Shown piece by piece: positions 58,936-64,000 of a stretch of 64,000 nucleotides of DNA. The translations under genes were made by a program, and so were the position numbers. This stretch comes from a virus: the IMG/VR virus record IMGVR_UViG_3300030099_007635, positions 41,431 through 105,430 of that record, one strand, 5' to 3'. How positions within the stretch are numbered: the stretch's first letter is position 1; the number at the start of each line of letters is the position of its first letter. The notes below the pieces were generated by a model. The model was not told the DNA's origin and did no database searches. It saw nothing but the letters and a program-made list of their open reading frames with translations.

Positions 58936-59793
58936 TTATAATTTAATCTGTTTTATTAATGCGTTTGCCTTCACAACTTCTCCCCCTTTTACATCATAAG
59001 ATTCATCAAGAACCCTAGAATTTGCACCAAAATTAATTAAATTAGCTAACGGGTTGGTAATACCTATTCCTACGTTATTTATATTTACTGAAAGCGAGCC
59101 TCCTAGCTTATCTCCACTTAAATTGATTAAGTTGTTTAAACCTGTCGATGTTATTGACAATTCTTCTTCGATGCCATCTAAAATCATAGATGATGGATTA
59201 ACAGACCCTAAAGTGTAAACTGGGCTTCTGGCATATTTTCGGCTAAACGCTATCTGTGATTGAACTTGTCCTACGGCAAGGTCGGCATTAGTAACGACAC
59301 AATCTTGCCCATAAGCAACTTTATCTGAGTCAAATGAAATAGTGGAATTATCATATGGAGTTTTATCTCCAGATATTTGCACTCCAGTTGCGGGGTCTAA
59401 TGAAATAAATTGTGCTTTAACCATAACGGGACCAAAAGGCTGAATGCCTACGGAAACCTCCGTGGCATAGCATTTTTTAAAATCATTGTCTCCAATTTTG
59501 ATTGGAATGTATGCTTCTTGCGCTGCCGTTTGAACAAAATCAAATCCCGATTCCATTCCCTCAATAACAAGAGACTCCACACTGATGCTAGCTTGTAGAG
59601 CACCACCAAACCTAAATTGATCGGAACTAGAAACCGTTTTGCCTAGATTTCTTTTGGGGCTATGATTTGTAGCGTAATTTACCGAAACTTGAGTGGCAGG
59701 AATGTATCCTGTTGTTTCATTTAATCCTGTGTTTACTACTTCTTGGTTGGCTAACCCAAAGTAAACGGGAAGTTCATTGTATGGAAGACTCAT
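58936..59793 (-). CDS. Tail-tube/baseplate-like structural protein
   Basis: CYATEVSV..QP..PV and R.PVYTLGS resemble tube paralogs; GTGTAA upstream. Confidence 0.5.
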   Translation of the reverse strand: MSLPYNELPVYFGLANQEVVNTGLNETTGYIPATQVSVNYATNHSPKRNLGKTVSSSDQFRFGGALQASISVESLVIEGMESGFDFVQTAAQEAYIPIKIGDNDFKKCYATEVSVGIQPFGPVMVKAQFISLDPATGVQISGDKTPYDNSTISFDSDKVAYGQDCVVTNADLAVGQVQSQIAFSRKYARSPVYTLGSVNPSSMILDGIEEELSITSTGLNNLINLSGDKLGGSLSVNINNVGIGITNPLANLINFGANSRVLDESYDVKGGEVVKANALIKQIKL

Positions 59794-59813
59794 TTTTTCA
59801 TATTACACTCATT

Positions 59814-59975
59814 TTACTGGTTGCCTACCACCATAAGGCCAAAATTAGCGGTAGCGTATGAGATCCATATAATACCCCAACCAAAATCCCTCTTCATGAA
59901 GTAAGCAGTCCCCACCACCGCATACATAATACCCGCAACCAAAGGGACAAACTTAGTGATCAAGTCGAGATTCAT
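59814..59975 (-). CDS. Small two-TM membrane protein (53 aa)
   Basis: MNLDLITKFVPLVAGIMYAVVGTAYFMKRDFGWGIIWISYATANFGLMVVGNQ. Confidence 0.6.
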   Translation of the reverse strand: MNLDLITKFVPLVAGIMYAVVGTAYFMKRDFGWGIIWISYATANFGLMVVGNQ

Positions 59976-60207
59976 TTTTTGATTATATAGGGGGATGATT
60001 TTTTTTAAACAATAAAATAAGCCTTGCGCCCCGAAAATACCCGTCCAGAGAAATGGGGAGGGGAATGCCCGTTGACAGATTGAGAAAATACTCCCCCCGC
60101 GAATTAGTGTAAAAAACCTCTTAAAAATTTTTGAGAAATGGGTGGGGGTTTGAACGTTGTCAAGTTCTTTTTTAAAGAAAAAAAACGAAAATAAATGCTT
60201 TTTTCTC

Positions 60208-60236
60208 TTGCTTTTCTCTGAGATCTGTGGTATACT
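60208..60236 (+). promoter_or_regulatory. Early promoter P1
   Basis: A-tract, TTGCTT-N17-TATACT with TGTGG extension. Confidence 0.8.
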
Positions 60237-60261
60237 TACAGAGTAATAAGACAATAAAGCT

Positions 60262-60498
60262 ATGACTAACTTGACTACCACACTCACCGCCGCTATCGCC
60301 TCCGCTGTTCGCCTTGCTCCTCGCTTCGCCAATGAAGATGGCGAGTTGATCTTTAACTCTCTGATGGACTGGTATCCTACGCTCACCGAAGGTCACGCTG
60401 ATATGATCGTGCGCCGCGCTTGCATGAATGCCACGGCTGGCTCCAAGGCTGTTGGCTGGGATACCTTCGCCGCCGATCTCCTCAAGGAGATGGCTTAA
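60262..60498 (+). CDS. Early hypothetical protein
   Basis: 78 aa after P1. Confidence 0.75.
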   Translation: MTNLTTTLTAAIASAVRLAPRFANEDGELIFNSLMDWYPTLTEGHADMIVRRACMNATAGSKAVGWDTFAADLLKEMA

Positions 60499-60516
60499 AA
60501 AAAAATAAAATAAAGC

Positions 60517-60545
60517 TTGCTTTTATCCTGAATCTATCGTATACT
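60517..60545 (+). promoter_or_regulatory. Early leaderless promoter P2
   Basis: TTGCTT-N17-TATACT-6nt-ATG. Confidence 0.8.
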
Positions 60546-60551
60546 TACCAT

Positions 60552-60743
60552 ATGAAAATCAAAGACACTACCACAAAGTCCGATCTCGACAAGTTCCACA
60601 CTGAGCGCAAGGCGGCGCAGGTAATGCGGGATGATCTCAACTTCCTTATGGGATGGATCAAGCCCGACTGCCCACAGGGTGCATCTGCCCTTGAGCGTAT
60701 CCTTAAGGCTCACGAACAAAACAGAGAGCAAAGCTGGCTCTAA
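60552..60743 (+). CDS. Early protein (63 aa), paralog of 63050..63238
   Basis: MKIKDTTTKSDLDKF...HEQNREQSWL. Confidence 0.8.
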   Translation: MKIKDTTTKSDLDKFHTERKAAQVMRDDLNFLMGWIKPDCPQGASALERILKAHEQNREQSWL

Positions 60744-60761
60744 AAAAAAAGAAAATAAAAC

Positions 60762-60790
60762 TTGCAATCCTCTTAAACCTATAGTATACT
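60762..60790 (+). promoter_or_regulatory. Early leaderless promoter P3
   Basis: TTGCAA-N17-TATACT-6nt-ATG. Confidence 0.8.
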
Positions 60791-60796
60791 TACAGC

Positions 60797-61051
60797 ATGA
60801 AAGATAAGCAAACACCCTTCTTCGTTCTCTTCGGTAAAAAGAAAACTCACCGTGGCATCTCTGGCGAGATCTGCTTCGGTGGCAACTGGAAGCGCGAAAA
60901 GTGCGAGCGTCTCATCCGTAACCCTTTCGCTAAGATAGCCGAGGGAACTGGTCGCATTGTCGAGTTCCCTAGCCGTGAAGCGGCATGGGAGGCACACGGC
61001 GAACAGCTTGACATCGCGCATGGTCGCGTGAGCTTCGGCATAGGTCGATAA
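60797..61051 (+). CDS. Early hypothetical protein
   Basis: 84 aa after P3. Confidence 0.75.
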   Translation: MKDKQTPFFVLFGKKKTHRGISGEICFGGNWKREKCERLIRNPFAKIAEGTGRIVEFPSREAAWEAHGEQLDIAHGRVSFGIGR

Positions 61052-61090
61052 CAATCACCCAACACAATAATAACCTACCTAACTAAACAA

Positions 61091-61327
61091 ATGAAATTGT
61101 TCCTTAACAACTGGCTTCATCATACGCTAACCGCTATGCTCATCACTCAAACCTTCATGCTTGCGCTGATTGTGTTTGTTGTCTACTACTCAGGCACAGA
61201 GATAGCATGGCAATTCGTTAAAGAGTTTTACCCTAGTATGTGGCTACCACTCAGCACACTACCCGCTATCATCATCACCCTACCTGTCGCATTCCTCGAC
61301 GCAGTAATCTATAAGCAGAAAGCATAA
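61091..61327 (+). CDS. Early two-TM membrane protein
   Basis: Two hydrophobic stretches. Confidence 0.7.
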   Translation: MKLFLNNWLHHTLTAMLITQTFMLALIVFVVYYSGTEIAWQFVKEFYPSMWLPLSTLPAIIITLPVAFLDAVIYKQKA

Positions 61328-61329
61328 CC

Positions 61330-61449
61330 ATGGACAAGAGAGCACAATCCAAACACCGTAAGCAACTGAAGCGCAACCGCAAGAATAAAATCATTCGGAT
61401 GCAGAAGGTTGCCGAGAAGCGCAGAAAAAAACTTCAAAAAACAACTTGA
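61330..61449 (+). CDS. Very basic 39-aa peptide
   Basis: Not in track; MDKRAQSKHRKQLKRNRKNKIIRMQKVAEKRRKKLQKTT. Confidence 0.55.
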   Translation: MDKRAQSKHRKQLKRNRKNKIIRMQKVAEKRRKKLQKTT

Positions 61450-61482
61450 CATGTGGTAGTGTTAAGAGCAAGTAAAAACCCC

Positions 61483-61561
61483 CGTAACTCCTTGATACTC
61501 AGGGAGTTGCGGCGGGCGGGCCTCCCCGCGCCGCGCAAGTCGTTGATAGTCAACGACTTAC
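61483..61561. repeat. 79-bp double-palindrome element, copy 1
   Basis: CGTAACTCCTTGA-TAC-TCAGGGAGTTGCG, GC-rich hairpin, GCAAGTCGTTGA-TAG-TCAACGACTTAC. Confidence 0.95.
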
Positions 61562-61608
61562 ACAGCTTAATACGCAGAAAAAAAATGCAATAAAAACAAA
61601 AAAAGAAC

Positions 61609-61637
61609 TTGACTTTTATCTCAGGGTGTGGTATAGT
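61609..61637 (+). promoter_or_regulatory. Early leaderless promoter P4
   Basis: TTGACT-N17-TATAGT (TGTGG)-5nt-ATG. Confidence 0.85.
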
Positions 61638-61642
61638 TAGCC

Positions 61643-61870
61643 ATGCTTACATCATATGACCTTGTTGTTTCCGCTCTCCGTTTCATCCGCTTCGACGTTT
61701 CTAAGGCTCATCGCTACGCGATGCTTGTTGATGCCTTCGATGGCGTTGCTGATGTCGATAATCACACCATTCACAAGGTGCTGTTGCTGGCATACGATGC
61801 CCGTGACAAGGGCGACGATATCCGCGACTTTCGCGGCACTTGCGAGTTTATCCATCGGATGGCTTGCTAA
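61643..61870 (+). CDS. Early protein, distant paralog of 63291..63635
   Basis: VD..T...DA...DIR.FR..CE.I shared. Confidence 0.75.
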   Translation: MLTSYDLVVSALRFIRFDVSKAHRYAMLVDAFDGVADVDNHTIHKVLLLAYDARDKGDDIRDFRGTCEFIHRMAC

Positions 61871-61893
61871 GTGAAAAAAAGTGAAAATAATTC

Positions 61894-61921
61894 TTGCTTT
61901 TATCTCAAATTCGACTATACT
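61894..61921 (+). promoter_or_regulatory. Early leaderless promoter P5
   Basis: TTGCTT-N16-TATACT-6nt-ATG. Confidence 0.75.
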
Positions 61922-61927
61922 ACTACC

Positions 61928-62221
61928 ATGACAAATCAGGAAGCATACAACCACGGTTACAACGGCACTCTCACCCTCGACGAGCTTATGGCTCAGTTTG
62001 AGGCTCCCGCCTGTCACGCATACGATGAGCCGCCGCAGTTCTCTGCGTGGCGGTCAGGGGCAGAGGATGCCGCGTATGATGCGGAGTCTGATGCCGCCGA
62101 GTGCGACATGGAGCCTGATGACTTCATGACTGACGGCGAGGCTGATGCCGATGCGCTCGCCTCCGCTGGCTGGGGGACGGATGAGGATTATGGCTTCTAT
62201 GGCGACGAGTGTTTCGCGTAA
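61928..62221 (+). CDS. Highly acidic early protein (97 aa)
   Basis: Start MTNQEAY; ends DADALASAGWGTDEDYGFYGDECFA. Confidence 0.8.
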   Translation: MTNQEAYNHGYNGTLTLDELMAQFEAPACHAYDEPPQFSAWRSGAEDAAYDAESDAAECDMEPDDFMTDGEADADALASAGWGTDEDYGFYGDECFA

Positions 62222-62228
62222 GAAGCGC

Positions 62229-62307
62229 CGTAACTCACTAAGGCTCAAGCACTTGCGGCGGGCGGGCATGCCCGCGCCGCGCAAGTCGTTGATACTCAAC
62301 GAGTTAC
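62229..62307. repeat. 79-bp double-palindrome element, copy 2 (left palindrome degenerate)
   Basis: CGTAACTCACTAAGGCTCAAGCACTTGCG-GCGGGCGGGCATGCCCGCGCCGC-GCAAGTCGTTGATACTCAACGAGTTAC. Confidence 0.92.
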
Positions 62308-62402
62308 AACACAAAATATAAGCATAGTCTGCGGGGGCTGTCAAGTAAAAACTTACTATTTGTCTATTTTTTTTCTGAGCTAGAAAAAAAGAATAAAAAA
62401 GC

Positions 62403-62430
62403 TTGCGTTTCGGTGGGGTTGTGGTATAGT
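62403..62430 (+). promoter_or_regulatory. Early leaderless promoter P6
   Basis: TTGCGT-N16-TATAGT (TGTGG)-6nt-ATG. Confidence 0.8.
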
Positions 62431-62436
62431 TACACC

Positions 62437-62580
62437 ATGACAGACCGATACATTGTTTACCATCAGTGGTCTAAGGATGAAGAGTTCCGAGGCACACGCG
62501 CAGAGTGCGAGGCTTGGGTTGCAGCTTTCAACCTTCCCAAGTTCGCCAAAACCTTTTTTATATGCCACGAAAGCAAATAA
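62437..62580 (+). CDS. Early 47-aa protein
   Basis: Not in track; MTDRYIVYHQWSKDEEFRGTRAECEAWVAAFNLPKFAKTFFICHESK. Confidence 0.7.
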   Translation: MTDRYIVYHQWSKDEEFRGTRAECEAWVAAFNLPKFAKTFFICHESK

Positions 62581-62597
62581 AAAAGAATAAAAATCCC

Positions 62598-62626
62598 TTG
62601 ACAAATACCGCAAGCTGTGGTATAGT
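62598..62626 (+). promoter_or_regulatory. Early promoter P7
   Basis: TTGACA-N17-TATAGT (TGTGG). Confidence 0.85.
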
Positions 62627-62666
62627 TACCTATAATAAAACATTAACTTAACTCTAAAAACTACCT

Positions 62667-62996
62667 ATGAAATTCTCTATCTCTACTCTCACTGACCTCT
62701 TCCACAAGTTCCCCTCTTCTGAGGCTTTCCGCACTGACAAGTTTCGCGAGGCTCTTAACGATAAAGTGGTGGACTACTGTGCCGCCGATTCACGCGATGG
62801 CAAGGATGTCATTCGCAAGTTCATCGTCCATGACGTTGACTCTTCATGGATTGCCGAGTCTAACGGCAATGCTGTCATCTCTGTCGATGTCGTTGAGGTC
62901 GAGGGCGGCGAAAATCGCCAAATCAACATGACTGTCGGCAGGATCGAAAAGATCAACGGGGAGCCTGTCCCCGAAGTCGTCAAGTGGGTCGGCTAA
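62667..62996 (+). CDS. Early protein, possibly WYL/SH3-like fold
   Basis: VVDY...G...RKF...RQINMTVGRIEKI pattern. Confidence 0.65.
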   Translation: MKFSISTLTDLFHKFPSSEAFRTDKFREALNDKVVDYCAADSRDGKDVIRKFIVHDVDSSWIAESNGNAVISVDVVEVEGGENRQINMTVGRIEKINGEPVPEVVKWVG

Positions 62997-63015
62997 AAAA
63001 AACTGAAAATAAATC

Positions 63016-63043
63016 TTGCGTTTATCTCAATCTGTGGTATAGT
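63016..63043 (+). promoter_or_regulatory. Early leaderless promoter P8
   Basis: TTGCGT-N16-TATAGT (TGTGG)-6nt-ATG. Confidence 0.8.
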
Positions 63044-63049
63044 TACATC

Positions 63050-63238
63050 ATGAAAACGAAAGAGACCAAAAAGTCCGACTTCGACAAGTTCACCACCGAG
63101 CGCAATGCCGCGCAGGTAATGCGGGACGATCTTTGCTTTCTTGTTGGTTGGATCAAGTCCGACTGCCCACAGGGAGCGTCTGCCATTGAGCGCATCTTGA
63201 AAGCGCACGAACAGAACAGAGAGCAGGACTGGCTGTAA
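63050..63238 (+). CDS. Early protein (62 aa), paralog of 60552..60743
   Basis: MKTKETKKSDFDKF...HEQNREQDWL. Confidence 0.8.
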   Translation: MKTKETKKSDFDKFTTERNAAQVMRDDLCFLVGWIKSDCPQGASAIERILKAHEQNREQDWL

Positions 63239-63256
63239 AATAAATCAAAATAATCC

Positions 63257-63284
63257 TTGCGTTTATCTCAATCTCTGCTATACT
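63257..63284 (+). promoter_or_regulatory. Early leaderless promoter P9
   Basis: TTGCGT-N16-TATACT (TGC)-6nt-ATG. Confidence 0.8.
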
Positions 63285-63290
63285 AATATC

Positions 63291-63635
63291 ATGACAGTTA
63301 AGAAACCAGCATTCATCTACGCCCTCATCGTTGAAACCCTCAAGGCTTGTCGCACCAAGGAAAGGGGAACAGGATGTTCTCTTGAGGGGAAGGTTGACAC
63401 CTATACCGCCGCCGTCATTATCACCATGTGCAAGGACGCAGTTGAGGAGCGGCGTGATATCCGCGAGTTCCGCAAGGTGTGCGAGGAGATACTCGCCGCC
63501 ATCTTGCGCTTGCGTAGGGACACGCGCCCAGACATTCACCCGCTCTGCCGCCATAGGCTAACCAAGGAGGAACTCATGTTAGTTACCGATGACCTCACCG
63601 TAGAGCCACAAATTGAAGCCAACCAAGTCTGGTAA
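63291..63635 (+). CDS. Early protein, distant paralog of 61643..61870
   Basis: 114 aa after P9. Confidence 0.75.
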   Translation: MTVKKPAFIYALIVETLKACRTKERGTGCSLEGKVDTYTAAVIITMCKDAVEERRDIREFRKVCEEILAAILRLRRDTRPDIHPLCRHRLTKEELMLVTDDLTVEPQIEANQVW

Positions 63636-63661
63636 AAAAAAGAAAAAAAACCGCTTGACAA

Positions 63662-63740
63662 CGTAACTCCTTGATACTCAGGGAGTTGCGGCGGGCGGGC
63701 CTCCCCGCGCCGCGCAACTCGTTGATACTCAACGACTTAC
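63662..63740. repeat. 79-bp double-palindrome element, copy 3
   Basis: Identical to copy 1 except two positions in the right palindrome. Confidence 0.95.
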
Positions 63741-63787
63741 GCAAGTTACTACGCAGAAAAAAAATCACCGAAACGCAAAAAAACTTC

Positions 63788-63816
63788 TTGACTTTTAAAT
63801 CAACCTGTGGTATAGT
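63788..63816 (+). promoter_or_regulatory. Early leaderless promoter P10
   Basis: TTGACT-N17-TATAGT (TGTGG)-5nt-ATG. Confidence 0.85.
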
Positions 63817-63821
63817 TAGGC

Positions 63822-64000
63822 ATGAAAATGAATGACCTTCCTACCACCTTCGTCCTCACTGGAAACTTCGGTCCTTACGCGGCTGGCACTACCTTCTCCG
63901 TGGAGTGGGCTGAAAACAGGGGTATGCAACTTGATACTAATGCTGGAGAACTCAAGTGGTTCTATGCTACAAAGTTTATGCACCAGCTTATGGGTGCGAT
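63822..64000 (+). CDS. Early protein, runs off window
   Basis: MKMNDLPTTFVLTGNFGPYAAGTTFSVEWAENRG... open to the end. Confidence 0.7.
   Translation, partial: MKMNDLPTTFVLTGNFGPYAAGTTFSVEWAENRGMQLDTNAGELKWFYATKFMHQLMGA

Noticed and set aside
514-59598. Numerous opposite-strand ORFs in the track (e.g. 36134..36835, 26380..26871, 58346..58726)
   Set aside because: Shadows of well-supported genes, with no motifs
59814-60386. 190-aa minus-strand ORF
   Set aside because: Only the last 53 codons look like protein; the rest crosses promoter P1 and a plus-strand gene
62315-62344. Minus-strand TTGACA promoter reading into element copy 2
   Set aside because: The -10 match is poor at 17-nt spacing and it is not present at the other copies
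60420-63238. Longer track starts for early ORFs (60420, 61871, 62984)
   Set aside because: The extensions translate promoter and A-tract DNA; paralogy and promoter spacing support ATGs at 60552, 61928 and 63050
61483-63740. 79-bp repeats as a CRISPR array or canonical integron attC sites
   Set aside because: Spacing is 0.7-1.4 kb with whole genes between copies; no consistent RYYYAAC/GTTRRRY ends; no cas or intI in the window
1-64000. tRNA/rRNA genes and stop-codon reassignment
   Set aside because: No cloverleaf seen in the short intergenic gaps; genes are intact under the standard code

Overview
A 64-kb segment of a large tailed dsDNA phage (Caudoviricetes; likely siphovirus-type tail with a 2393-aa tape measure and no sheath gene seen). 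There are no host housekeeping operons, rRNA, tRNA or CRISPR. Layout, left to right: (1) minus-strand replication block with a three-piece C-family polymerase, PD-(D/E)XK nuclease, primase, DnaB and RecA; (2) a ~15.5-kb, 20-gene nucleotide-sugar/glycosyltransferase cluster; (3) nrdAB; (4) a plus-strand sigma factor/ssb/GT/Hsp20 block; (5) tail, head and packaging genes, a second sigma factor and phoH. Many gene starts in (3) and (5) are preceded by a shared GTGTAA motif. From ~60.2 kb there is a compositionally distinct early region of single-gene cassettes, most with their own sigma70-type and mostly leaderless promoter, punctuated by three copies of a 79-bp double-palindrome element. Best leads: the cassette array with the 79-bp element, a hidden -1 frameshift extension in the head operon, a tail-tube paralog fused to a trypsin-like protease, and the glycan cluster. 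All calls come from motifs read by eye; no searches were run.
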